From positions 114,325 to 146,324 of the forward strand of contig JAPLKZ010000010.1 of assembly GCA_026387835.1 (NCBI GenBank): a stretch of 32,000 nucleotides of DNA. Direction: 5' to 3'. Of this stretch, positions 7,175 to 16,182 are shown piece after piece. The notes beneath the pieces are model-generated. The model was not told the DNA's origin, ran no database searches, and saw only the letters and a list, made by a program, of their open reading frames with translations. A program made the translations under genes and the position numbers. Position 1 is the stretch's first letter. Each line of letters opens with the position of its first letter. Source of the stretch: Candidatus Saganbacteria bacterium. Lineage in GTDB: Bacteria > Margulisbacteria > WOR-1 > JAKLHX01.

Positions 7175-8947
7175 TTATTTCATTATATTCGGGGTTTCTG
7201 TCTGTATGACTTCGATCGGCGACTTATCCCCTCGCTGCAATAATGCTGTTGTGAGCCCTGTTGTTGTACTTCTCACCATCGCCACATTTGGATTTGAATC
7301 CGGATTTGTCCCGTTCATAATAAGGTAAGGATACATCAGGTTCTGATAGAAAGCGGTCATCAGTGCCAGGTTACGGAAGTTTACGCCGTCCATTGTTGTC
7401 ATGAAATTCGGCGCTCCGGCGAACGAGAATTTTGCCTGGTTCGGAAAGACACATGCCATCTTGAGCAGGTCTGACGTAAGCCCTGCATGCCCCTGCTCAC
7501 TTGCCAGCAGGTCCTTTATTGATAAAGCCGTATCTTTGGGGTTAAAGCTTGTATCAAATACAAAAGCACCGTATGAAAGCGCTGATACAGCTCCGCCCAG
7601 AAGCCCGTCCGCCCCTGCATGCGCGAACGGCAGCATCTCCATGCCTGCTCCAAAAGCAAACATCCCGTTGCCGATCTTTCCCACGGCTTCGTCGTGCAGC
7701 TGGAACACCTGCCGTAAACCGGCTTCAAGTACCGGATGATTGCTGCACGCAAAGAAACCTGGGATATTGTATGCGCTTGTGTACAGGTACAGGTGCGCTG
7801 CAAGGTCCCTTATCGTGGTGTCTTTCCCGACAGGCCAGAATTTGTCATCAAACTCTATCATCGCCTTTGTATAGTCCGCACATGCCTCGTCGCTTGCGCT
7901 GAGCATCATCGGTACAAGGACGATCTTGCCTTTTGCCCACATATACCTTCCTCCGATGTTCGGATTCAGGTCAAGGACTACTGCCCCGTTATCGTTAGCG
8001 AACTGTTTTACTTTCCCCTTGTTCGCATATGCCACCAAATACTTAAGATGCCCTCCTTTTTTTGCAAACTCCATTGATTTCAGGGTCTCTTCCGTACCGC
8101 CCCCCCTTGATATCGCGATGAAAAGTGTATTACCGGCCATCACATGTAAAGGAAGTTTAATGAGCTGGCTTGGTTCAAACACCGAATAAAGGCTCCTCTT
8201 GCTCTTCGGATCTTTGTTTACGAGCATTGGAAGATCTTTCAGATACATGTCGTTTGCGCCAATACCGAGAACAACGATATTCTTTATTTTATTCATCGTA
8301 CCGCTGCCGTATTTCTGATCCACGAGAGTATTGATATGTTTTGCGCTGTCATAAGCTTCCTGCACCGCGGCTTCCATGTTCCCGCGTATATTCCTTATAT
8401 CCGGGGTCTCGGTCGCCCAGGACGGATTATCCTCAAACAGCTGAACAGGACTAGGTCTTCCTGATGGGGCAGACATATTCTGTTCAAGCAGGGCTATCAC
8501 CTCATCTGCCCTTTTTGCATGGTCAGGCAATATTGCCTTTACCAGACTAAGCGTTTCAATTCCCGGATATACTGTAAGCCCCATCCCGCAGATATCATGA
8601 ACAGACGCCTTGCTTATCGGTCCGAAAAGCCTGTCAAGCTGCGAAGTTCTTTCAAATTCCTCACGGAGAGTTTTTAAAACTTCTCCACCTGGAGAGGTCT
8701 CCCCTGTTTTCATCTTTAACAGAAGACCATCCAGCCGTTGGCGGCCAAGTTCCACAACAAATGAATAGAAGCCCCTCGTCTGATGTGCCGACGCATCATC
8801 AATTGCCGGTTTTGACCATTTCTCCTCTCGTAGCGCCCACACTCCTACATTCGCCATGGCATGCCTTGCGTTCTGAGTTCGTAGTCTTAATCTCAACAGT
8901 GCCGCAGGATTTGTAATAACTTCATTCATATTTATTCTTATGCCCAT
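7175..8947 (-). CDS. SIS-domain sugar-phosphate isomerase, glucose-6-phosphate isomerase-like (divergent)
   Basis: PGI-type motifs appear in the canonical order. NIVVLGIGANDMY matches IGIGGSxLG. FIAISRGGGTEETL matches ISKSGxTxET. NIGGRYMWAKG matches GGR[FY]S. The motifs are substituted and there is a ~220-aa N-terminal region I cannot assign. AAGGAG lies 7 nt before the ATG. Confidence 0.55.
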   Translation of the reverse strand: MGIRINMNEVITNPAALLRLRLRTQNARHAMANVGVWALREEKWSKPAIDDASAHQTRGFYSFVVELGRQRLDGLLLKMKTGETSPGGEVLKTLREEFERTSQLDRLFGPISKASVHDICGMGLTVYPGIETLSLVKAILPDHAKRADEVIALLEQNMSAPSGRPSPVQLFEDNPSWATETPDIRNIRGNMEAAVQEAYDSAKHINTLVDQKYGSGTMNKIKNIVVLGIGANDMYLKDLPMLVNKDPKSKRSLYSVFEPSQLIKLPLHVMAGNTLFIAISRGGGTEETLKSMEFAKKGGHLKYLVAYANKGKVKQFANDNGAVVLDLNPNIGGRYMWAKGKIVLVPMMLSASDEACADYTKAMIEFDDKFWPVGKDTTIRDLAAHLYLYTSAYNIPGFFACSNHPVLEAGLRQVFQLHDEAVGKIGNGMFAFGAGMEMLPFAHAGADGLLGGAVSALSYGAFVFDTSFNPKDTALSIKDLLASEQGHAGLTSDLLKMACVFPNQAKFSFAGAPNFMTTMDGVNFRNLALMTAFYQNLMYPYLIMNGTNPDSNPNVAMVRSTTTGLTTALLQRGDKSPIEVIQTETPNIMK

Positions 8948-9097
8948 TTATGTTCTCCTTTGATTATATTTTTGGCACATTAATCCATCGAAAGGTTTAT
9001 TGGAAAATTTCATTAAATCTCATCAATATTGATTATATCTAAAAAACGGGGTGTTTTGGATTTTAAAGTCATGATGTGCCGGTGACGCGATGACTGT

Positions 9098-10117
9098 TTA
9101 CTGGGTCTTGTCTTGTTTAATGGCGTCTATGAGTTTCTCGATCGGGAATTTCACGGTGATCTTATTTTCTGTTGCCGTTATCTTTGCGCCTATTTGCGGC
9201 GCCTCGAATATGTTAGGGCTTTCAAACCTCATGATGAGGAACACTTTGCCGTCTTTTGCTCCTTTTACCAGGAACTTATCCTTGTTCATGACCATCGTGA
9301 CTGAAGAAAGTATCTCGACCCTCTTCTCGCCCTGGAGCATTTTTTCTTTCATCGATATCAGGACGTTGGGCGCGAACTCTCTTTCCTGGACAACAAGTAT
9401 GTCGGGCAGCGGGCCTGACGGGCTTGTCAGGGTCTGGCCTCGGTAATAGAGCCCGCTTGAGGAGCCGCCGTCAAGATTCATCGCGTCCTTGCAGCCGAGG
9501 TCCTTCATTACAACAGCCAGTTCCTCGAATAAAACCCCTGAATTAATAGTAACAAAAAGAAGGTTCTTATCCCATGTGACGCCTACCGCGCTTCTGTTTC
9601 TCCTCGTAAAAAGGTTGGGATCTTTAAAGCCCTCCGCCCGCGCGTCAACGATGACCCTGCCTTCTTCAAGAAGCTTAGGACCGCAGGAGATGACCGTTTT
9701 GTAGCGACCCCAGTTCATGTGGCGGTACTTTTCCACGGTGATGAATTCGATGTTATTGTCCTCTGTGATGCCCATGGCTGTACCGAGCCCCCCGAAATGG
9801 ACAAGCTCACCGTTTATCACCACATCCCCTACAGGTTTATATGTCCTCTTGCAGAAGAAATTGCCGTTTATTGCCGCTACCGGGTCTTCACGGGCGACCA
9901 TTTTTTCGAATGATTCCGGCGCCGCAGGGAACTGCTTGGACATGACCGGAGTCACGGTGATATGGGGATCCTTAAGGTCGACCTTGACCACATCCACGGG
10001 AAATCCCCTTACCGTAAGGTGTTCATATGTGACTGACCCTGATTGGCCAAACGATACGCCGCCTCCTAAAAGGAATAGGCACATTGCTATTATAAAGATA
10101 ATATATATCGTTTTCAT
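9098..10117 (-). CDS. Secreted phosphodiester glycosidase family protein (NAGPA/DUF2233-like) with a C-terminal extension
   Basis: Signal peptide MKTIYIIFIIAMCLFLLGGGVSFG. Family motifs AAINGNFF, RRNRSAVGVTWDKNLLFVT and DAMNLDGGSSSGLYY are present. The last ~90 aa are unassigned. Confidence 0.75.
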   Translation of the reverse strand: MKTIYIIFIIAMCLFLLGGGVSFGQSGSVTYEHLTVRGFPVDVVKVDLKDPHITVTPVMSKQFPAAPESFEKMVAREDPVAAINGNFFCKRTYKPVGDVVINGELVHFGGLGTAMGITEDNNIEFITVEKYRHMNWGRYKTVISCGPKLLEEGRVIVDARAEGFKDPNLFTRRNRSAVGVTWDKNLLFVTINSGVLFEELAVVMKDLGCKDAMNLDGGSSSGLYYRGQTLTSPSGPLPDILVVQEREFAPNVLISMKEKMLQGEKRVEILSSVTMVMNKDKFLVKGAKDGKVFLIMRFESPNIFEAPQIGAKITATENKITVKFPIEKLIDAIKQDKTQ

Positions 10118-10183
10118 AGGCTTATACTAGTTAATCGATTAAACTGAAAGAAAACTTGCAGGCAGAGATATCTATTTTATGGC

Positions 10184-11683
10184 TTATTTAAGCAAATAAT
10201 TTAATATTGTGAGCACGCCTGCCCCTGACGGTCCTTTGGCAAAATGGCGGAACTTCCTGTCAAGATCCGCTGTTCCAGCTATATCTATATGGACCCAGGG
10301 GGTGTCCTCGACAAACTTCTTGATAAATGTGGCCCCAGAGCTTGTGCTTGCTTTGCCAAGGTCTGAGGCATTTTTGATATCGGCAATATCACTTTTCAGG
10401 TATTCTTCGTATTCTTCATACAGAGGCAGTTGCCACAGCTTCTCGCCCGATGCCCCTCCCGCCGTGATCACGTCCCTGATGAAAGTCCGGTCATTGCCGA
10501 GTATGCCCGACGCCGCGTCTCCCAGCGCCACTATGCAGCCGCCGGTAAGGGTAGCTACATCCAGGATCTTCGTGACACCAAGCTTTTTTGCATAGGTGAC
10601 GGCATCAGCAAGGATCATCCTGCCTTCGGCATCAGTGTTTATTATCTCGATCGTTTTTCCGGACAGTGACTTGACGACATCCCCCGGTTTTGAAGCTATG
10701 CCTCCAGGCATGTTCTCGGTAAGCGGCATTACGGCAAGGATGTTCTTTTTTATCTTGAGTTTTGACGCGGCTTCCATGGAGCAGAGCACCGCCGCAGCGC
10801 CTGCCATATCGCCTTTCATCTCATGCATCTTTTTTGCCGGTTTTAAAGAGATCCCGCCGGAATCAAAAGTTATTCCTTTCCCGATAAGTGCCAGAGACAG
10901 CGGCTTATTTTTGCCCGCTCCAAAATACTTCAGGACAACGACTTTCGGCTCTTCGCGGCTTCCTTTTGCCACCGACCACAGGGCGCCCATCCCCATCTTG
11001 AGGATCTCCTGCTTGCCGAGTATATTACACTCAAGCCCGTTTTCAGCGGCGATTTTCTGGGCCTTTTTCGCGAACACGGACGGGGTCAGCATGTTTGACG
11101 GGATGTTCACCAGGTCCCTTGTATCGTTCACAGCTTCGCATATTATCTCTGAGATAGCCGCCGCTTTCCGGAACTCTTTTACTTTCTTTTTATCGTTGTC
11201 GACTATGACCTTTTCCTCGATCTTGAAGATGTCCTCTTTTTTATCGGTCTTGTAGCCCTCAAAATCGTATTCCGACAAAAGGGACGCTTCCACCAGGGCT
11301 TTGCACGCGTCAAAAGAAACAATGCCGGGCTCTCCGGAGCCGTGGACCACAGTGACGATCTTTTTTGCTTTTATCTTTTTTGCCGTTCTTACCGCGGAAG
11401 CTGCCGCTTCCCTTATCCTGTCGAGGCCGAACCCGGCCTTCTTTCCCAGGCCGACGATAAGGACGTGCCGCGCGGAAAAACCAGCCGGCGTGTGGATCAC
11501 GGTCACCGTTCCCGTTTTTCCCGTGATCTCTTTTGAAGAGATCAATTCTGATATCCGGCCTCCGAGCGCTTTATCCGCCGCGGCGGCAGCGCCCGACGGT
11601 TTTTCGACGCCCTCAAAAACATTCACGACCAGGACATCGCACTTTTGTTTTAAAAGATCCGAATTTTCTATATTAATTTTCAT
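10184..11683 (-). CDS. pepA: Leucyl aminopeptidase (peptidase M17)
   Basis: IGKGITFDSGGISLKP and IINTDAEGRMILADA (the M17 signature NTDAEGRL). The length is 499 aa. Confidence 0.9.
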   Translation of the reverse strand: MKINIENSDLLKQKCDVLVVNVFEGVEKPSGAAAAADKALGGRISELISSKEITGKTGTVTVIHTPAGFSARHVLIVGLGKKAGFGLDRIREAAASAVRTAKKIKAKKIVTVVHGSGEPGIVSFDACKALVEASLLSEYDFEGYKTDKKEDIFKIEEKVIVDNDKKKVKEFRKAAAISEIICEAVNDTRDLVNIPSNMLTPSVFAKKAQKIAAENGLECNILGKQEILKMGMGALWSVAKGSREEPKVVVLKYFGAGKNKPLSLALIGKGITFDSGGISLKPAKKMHEMKGDMAGAAAVLCSMEAASKLKIKKNILAVMPLTENMPGGIASKPGDVVKSLSGKTIEIINTDAEGRMILADAVTYAKKLGVTKILDVATLTGGCIVALGDAASGILGNDRTFIRDVITAGGASGEKLWQLPLYEEYEEYLKSDIADIKNASDLGKASTSSGATFIKKFVEDTPWVHIDIAGTADLDRKFRHFAKGPSGAGVLTILNYLLK

Positions 11684-11690
11684 GGGCTAT

Positions 11691-12257
11691 TTAGAACTTC
11701 ACTTTGGGTGCCTGATCTGCCCCTTTTTGGGCTTCGAACATCGGTTTTACTTTTTCAAAACCGAACATGCCTGCGATAATATTTGTCGGGAACCTGCGTG
11801 TCGATATATTGTAGACCTGCACAGCTTCATTGTATTGGCCCCTTGCATAAGATATCCTGTTCTCCGTTCCTTCAAGACTGTCCATCAACTGCCTGAAATT
11901 CGCGTCCGCTTTCAGCGTCGGATAATTCTCGACGATCATCAAAAGTCTTGATAAAGCGCCTTCAAGACCGTTAGTCGCTTCTACTTTTTCCGACACGGTC
12001 CGCGCTCCGGCCAGTTTCGCGCGCGACTGCGCTATGCTTTTGAAGACATCCGCTTCGTGTATTTTATATCCTTTTACTGTTTCAACAAGGTTAGGTATGA
12101 GGTCTAATCTTCTCTGGTATTGCGTTTCGACCTGCGCCCAGGCAGTTGTCACTGCCACGTCCTTCGAGACCAGCCCGTTATAAGAAGTTATCACCCATAA
12201 TACGGCTACCAGAAGTATTCCTGCTATCCCTATCAGCCACATTATTCCTTTTGACAT
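11691..12257 (-). CDS. lemA: LemA family protein
   Basis: An N-terminal TM helix followed by SYNGLVSKDVAVTTAWAQVETQYQRRLDLIPNLVETVKGY...NRISYARGQYNEAVQVYN, typical LemA. AAGGAGG RBS lies 9 nt upstream. Confidence 0.9.
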   Translation of the reverse strand: MSKGIMWLIGIAGILLVAVLWVITSYNGLVSKDVAVTTAWAQVETQYQRRLDLIPNLVETVKGYKIHEADVFKSIAQSRAKLAGARTVSEKVEATNGLEGALSRLLMIVENYPTLKADANFRQLMDSLEGTENRISYARGQYNEAVQVYNISTRRFPTNIIAGMFGFEKVKPMFEAQKGADQAPKVKF

Positions 12258-12285
12258 CTAACTTATCCTCCTTTCGATTATCTCC

Positions 12286-13188
12286 CTACCATGATCTTCC
12301 TGCCCCTCCGCCTCCTGATCCTCCGCCTCCAAACCCTCCGAAAGACCCCCCGCCTCCTCCGAAACTTCCTCCGCCAAATCCGCCGCCCCAGGTACCGAAC
12401 CCTCCGGAACCAAAATATCCGCCCCTGAAACCTCCTGCTCCCGAGGCCAGCCCCATTATAACACCAAAGATAAAACCCCCGACACCGGCGATTACGAGCC
12501 CGATGACGCCTCCGATCAATGCCCCGATCACGGCATTTCTGGTATTGTCTCCCATCTTTTTAGTGCTGGCAACTATGACTGAGACAACGAGCAGCACTAC
12601 AAGTATGCCGAGAAATATCATCATGCTTTTCTTCTTTTTCTCTTTTAGAGGCAAGGGTTTGTAATCTTTATAAATTTTCCTTGCTACCGCTATCGTACAT
12701 TTATAGAGACCTTCGCCGTAATGCTCCTGTTTAAAAGAAGGGATGATCTCTTCATCGATAAGTCTTCCGCAATAGCCGTCGGGAAGCACATCCTCAATGC
12801 CTTTTCCTGTCTCGATCTTGATGCGCCTGTCATCCTTAGACATAAGGATAAGCACGCCGTTGTCGAGGGCTTTTTTGCCAATCCCCCATTTATTGAAAAG
12901 CTCTACCGCGTAAGTATCTATATCCATCGGCTGAGTTGACTTTACCGTGACCACTACCACTTCGGCACTCGTCTTTTTTTCGAGCCTGATGAGTACCTGC
13001 CTCATCATTGCTTCGCTTGACGCGTCTATGACATCCGCATAATCGTTGACGTAGCCGACCGGTTTTGGGAATTTAAAGTCTGAGGCAGAAGAACTGGCAC
13101 AAGTTAAAGCAATTATCCCCGCAAAACAAAGCAATTTGGCGGCCATTCTTACTTTTGATTTTTGACTTGTATTTTTGACTTTACCCAA
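12286..13188 (-). CDS. TPM-domain (YgcG-like) membrane protein with a Gly-rich C-terminal tail
   Basis: VNDYADVIDASSEAMMRQVLIRLEKKTSAEVVVVTVKS...GIGKKALDNGVLILMSKDDRRIKIETGKG is the TPM/phosphatase-like fold pattern. It is followed by TM segments and a GGFGGG tail. The track start is TTG 13188. ATG 13146 (MAAKLLCFAGIIALTCASSSA, a clean signal peptide) is an equally good start. Confidence 0.8.
   Translation of the reverse strand: MGKVKNTSQKSKVRMAAKLLCFAGIIALTCASSSASDFKFPKPVGYVNDYADVIDASSEAMMRQVLIRLEKKTSAEVVVVTVKSTQPMDIDTYAVELFNKWGIGKKALDNGVLILMSKDDRRIKIETGKGIEDVLPDGYCGRLIDEEIIPSFKQEHYGEGLYKCTIAVARKIYKDYKPLPLKEKKKKSMMIFLGILVVLLVVSVIVASTKKMGDNTRNAVIGALIGGVIGLVIAGVGGFIFGVIMGLASGAGGFRGGYFGSGGFGTWGGGFGGGSFGGGGGSFGGFGGGGSGGGGAGRSW
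12289..12440 (-). repeat. Low-complexity Gly-rich coding tract (GGFGGG-type)
   Basis: Encodes GFRGGYFGSGGFGTWGGGFGGGSFGGGGGSFGGFGGGGSGGGGAGRSW. The DNA is a run of CCTCCGCC-like units. Its antisense yields the spurious Pro-rich ORF 12146-12664. Confidence 0.9.
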
Positions 13189-13597
13189 AAAATATCCCTG
13201 TCTCTCTTTTTGCGCTGGCTGCTGAATCCGACCCGTGAATTGTGTTCTTGATGATCTTCCCGTCCTGCTTGTCCGGTTTAAAATCCGCCCTGATAGTGCC
13301 TTTTTCCGCTTTTTCCGGGTCTGTATTTCCCATGAGACCCCGCATGACAGATACCGCCGACTCTCCCGCCACTTTCATGACCGTTACCTTGCCGGACATG
13401 ATATAGTCGACAAGACCGTTGTAAAAAGGCTTGTCTCTGTGCTCCCAATACAGGCGTTCTGCCTGTTCTTTTGTGACGTAGATATCTTTTTGTTCGGTCA
13501 CCAAAAGCCCTGCTGAACTTATTCTTTTTATTATCTCGCCCGCTAAACTTCTTTCCATCCCGTCCGGTTTAACGATGACGAAGCTCTGTTCTATCAT
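13181..13597 (-). CDS. ndk: Nucleoside-diphosphate kinase
   Basis: SFVIVKPDGMERSLAGEIIKRI, GTIRADF, and NTIHGSDS containing the active-site His. Confidence 0.95.
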   Translation of the reverse strand: MIEQSFVIVKPDGMERSLAGEIIKRISSAGLLVTEQKDIYVTKEQAERLYWEHRDKPFYNGLVDYIMSGKVTVMKVAGESAVSVMRGLMGNTDPEKAEKGTIRADFKPDKQDGKIIKNTIHGSDSAASAKRETGIFFG

Positions 13598-13602
13598 TCT
13601 GT

Positions 13603-14985
13603 CTATTTCTTCCTCATCTCCACTTTTGCCGCTCTTATCGCGAACTGCACCTGCCGTCTCGCAGTTCCTCCGATGATGTCCCTGCTGTTCACGCTGTTCT
13701 CGATGGTCAGGTGGTCATGGATGTCCTCGCCTATCCTGTCGCAGAACTTTTTAAGGTCCTTTTTTGACATCTGGTAAAGGTCAAGCCGGTTGTCCACGCA
13801 GTAGCGCACTATCTCGCCTGTCACTTCATGAGCTTTCCTGAAAGGCAGGCCTTTCCCTACCAGGTAATCCGCAAGGTCTGTTGCCGTGAGGCATCCTTTT
13901 TCCGTGGCTTCATGCATCTTTGCCGCGTTTATCTTTGTGGTCTTTAGCATCTCTTCCATTATTATCAGGACCGCTTTTACCGTATCGATCCCGTCAAAAA
14001 GCCTTTCCTTGTCTTCCTGCATATCGCGGTTGTAGGCGAGCGGAAGGCCCTTCATGACCGTAAGTATGGCCATGAGATCCCCGAAGACGCGTCCTGTCTT
14101 CCCTCTTGTCAGCTCCGCGACGTCCGGATTCTTTTTCTGCGGCATGATGCTTGAACCCGTCGCGTAAGAATCGGAAAGGTCCATGAACTTGAACTCGCTC
14201 GATGTCCAGAGCACTATTTCTTCCGACAGCCTTGAGAGGTGCACCATCAGGATCGAGATGCACGCGAGGAATTCGATGACAAAGTCCCTGTCAGAGACTG
14301 CGTCTATGCTGTTCCTGGAAATGGATTTGAACTTGAGGTCTTTGGCCAGTTTTTTTCTGTCTATCCTGTAACTTGTACCTGCCAGCGCGGCGGAACCAAG
14401 CGGCATGACATCCATCCTTTTAAGGCACTCCGCCAGTCTTTCCCGGTCCCTGAACAGCATTTCGTAATAGGCCATGATGTAATGCGAAAAAAGGATCGGC
14501 TGGGCCCTTTGCAGGTGCGTGTAGCCCGGCATTATCGCCCCGAGGCTTTCCTCGGCTATCTTCAAAAGCGTCTTCTGGAAATTTTTTATCAGTTCCATAA
14601 TAAAGGCCGTTTCTTCTTTTAGATACATCCTCATGTCGGTCGATACCTGGTCGTTGCGGCTTCGGCCCGTGTGGATCTTTTTGCCCGCTTCGCCGATCTT
14701 CTGGGTTAGAATGGTCTCGATGTTCAGGTGGATGTCCTCATATTCTTTTTTGAACAAAGTTTTGCCGCTCTCTATTTCCTTTTCTATCTTTTTCAGGGAG
14801 GAGATTATCTGGGATGTCTCTTTTTGCTTCAGGACTTTTGCGCCTAACAGAGCTTTGGCATAAGCGATATTCAGAGCGATATCCTGTTTATAGAGGCGTC
14901 TGTCAAAATGCACCGAAGAGTTGAAATCTTCAAGCGTCATGTTTATCTCGGTCGAGAACCGTCCGGACCTTGCCGCGCTTTTCAT
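13603..14985 (-). CDS. argH: Argininosuccinate lyase
   Basis: The N-terminus ...SGRFSTE...DFNSSVHFDRRLYKQDI matches the ArgH start. GSSIMPQKKNPDVAEL is the fumarate-lyase signature. GGGGAGA RBS lies inside the argG 3' end. Confidence 0.95.
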   Translation of the reverse strand: MKSAARSGRFSTEINMTLEDFNSSVHFDRRLYKQDIALNIAYAKALLGAKVLKQKETSQIISSLKKIEKEIESGKTLFKKEYEDIHLNIETILTQKIGEAGKKIHTGRSRNDQVSTDMRMYLKEETAFIMELIKNFQKTLLKIAEESLGAIMPGYTHLQRAQPILFSHYIMAYYEMLFRDRERLAECLKRMDVMPLGSAALAGTSYRIDRKKLAKDLKFKSISRNSIDAVSDRDFVIEFLACISILMVHLSRLSEEIVLWTSSEFKFMDLSDSYATGSSIMPQKKNPDVAELTRGKTGRVFGDLMAILTVMKGLPLAYNRDMQEDKERLFDGIDTVKAVLIIMEEMLKTTKINAAKMHEATEKGCLTATDLADYLVGKGLPFRKAHEVTGEIVRYCVDNRLDLYQMSKKDLKKFCDRIGEDIHDHLTIENSVNSRDIIGGTARRQVQFAIRAAKVEMRKK

Positions 14986-14988
14986 TTT

Positions 14989-16182
14989 TTATCTCCCCAT
15001 GCCTTTCATCTGAAGACCGAAAAGGTTGATGAATCCTTCCGCATCCTTCTGATTATAAACTTCGTCTTTTTCAAAAGTAGCAAGTGAGCGGCTGTAAAGC
15101 GACTTTTTTGCTTTTCTCCCGGCCACAGTACAGTTGCCTTTAAATAATTTTATTCGTACGGAACCCGTAACATTTTTCTGCGTGCTGTCGATAAAAGCAT
15201 CAAGAGCTTTTCGCAGCGGCGAGAACCACTGCCCGTTATAAACGATCTCCGCGTATTTTTTGGATATCAGTTCTTTGTAATGCGCGGTCTCACGGTCGAT
15301 CGTTATCGATTCAAGCGCCTTATGAGCCGCATAAAGAATAGTTCCTCCCGGAGTTTCGTAAACGCCCCTTGATTTTATCCCGACAAGCCTGTTCTCTACT
15401 ATGTCGATCCTGCCTATTCCGTTCTTGCCGCCGATGTTGTTCAAGCTTTGTATCAGAGCGACAGCAGTTATTTTCTTTCCGTTAAGGCTGACCGGTACTC
15501 CTTTTTCAAAACCTATTTCTATATAAGTTGCTTTACTTGGCGCTTTTTCAGGTGATACCGTTAGGATGAACATGTCATCCTTCGGTTCTTTCCACGGGTC
15601 TTCAAGGATGCCGCCCTCGTAACTGATGTGCCAGAGGTTCCTGTCCATTGAATACGGTTTTGCTTTTGTCGTGGTAACAGGAATATTGTTTTCCTTGGCA
15701 TAATCGATCTCATCCTGCCTTGACTTTAAATCCCACTCTCTCCACGGAGCGATTATTTTCAGTTCCGGAGCAAGCGCTTTGAATGTCAGCTCGAACCTGA
15801 CCTGGTCGTTGCCTTTTCCCGTGGCGCCGTGGGCCACTGCATCGGCTTTTTCTTTTATAGCTATCTCCACTTGTTTTTTCGCGATAAGCGGCCGCGCGAT
15901 GGAAGTGCCCATAAGATAATCGGCTTCATATACCGCTCCGGACTTCAGCATCGGAAAAAGAAAATCTTTCGCGAACTCTTCCTTCAGGTCCTCGATATAG
16001 ATCTTCGACGCGCCTGTCTTCAGAGCTTTTTCCTTGAGACCTTTCAGCTCTTCCGCCTGCCCCACGTCCGCCGCAAAAGCGATGACCTCGCATCCGTAAT
16101 TATCTTTAAGCCACTTGATCATTATCGAGGTATCAAGGCCTCCGCTGTAAGCCAGAACTATCTTGTTCACTTTTTTCTTCAT
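14989..16182 (-). CDS. argG: Argininosuccinate synthase
   Basis: [13 protein letters not shown] (PP-loop), [15 protein letters not shown] and [14 protein letters not shown]. The ATG overlaps the argF stop (ATGA). Confidence 0.95.
   Translation of the reverse strand: MKKKVNKIVLAYSGGLDTSIMIKWLKDNYGCEVIAFAADVGQAEELKGLKEKALKTGASKIYIEDLKEEFAKDFLFPMLKSGAVYEADYLMGTSIARPLIAKKQVEIAIKEKADAVAHGATGKGNDQVRFELTFKALAPELKIIAPWREWDLKSRQDEIDYAKENNIPVTTTKAKPYSMDRNLWHISYEGGILEDPWKEPKDDMFILTVSPEKAPSKATYIEIGFEKGVPVSLNGKKITAVALIQSLNNIGGKNGIGRIDIVENRLVGIKSRGVYETPGGTILYAAHKALESITIDRETAHYKELISKKYAEIVYNGQWFSPLRKALDAFIDSTQKNVTGSVRIKLFKGNCTVAGRKAKKSLYSRSLATFEKDEVYNQKDAEGFINLFGLQMKGMGR

Noticed and set aside
6600-7328. 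242-aa plus-strand ORF spanning the permease 5' end, the intergenic terminator/promoter and the PGI-like 3' end
   Set aside because: It crosses a strong terminator hairpin and two opposite-strand genes, and it has no RBS or family signal.
8973-8990. TGGCAC on the plus strand as a sigma-54 -24 element
   Set aside because: The required TTGC(A/T) five nt downstream is absent (the sequence reads TGGCAC-attaa-TCCAT). The orientation would also drive antisense transcription into the glycosidase-like gene.
9040-9097. Possible terminator after the glycosidase-like gene (AAAACaccccGTTTTTT; GTCAT...ATGAC)
   Set aside because: The stems are only 5 bp and AT-rich, or have a 17-nt loop. They are too weak to call.
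12146-12664. 172-aa Pro-rich plus-strand ORF (PPPPDPPPPNPPKDPPPPP...)
   Set aside because: It is simply the reverse complement of the Gly-rich (GGN) tail and TM region of the TPM protein, not an independent proline-rich protein.
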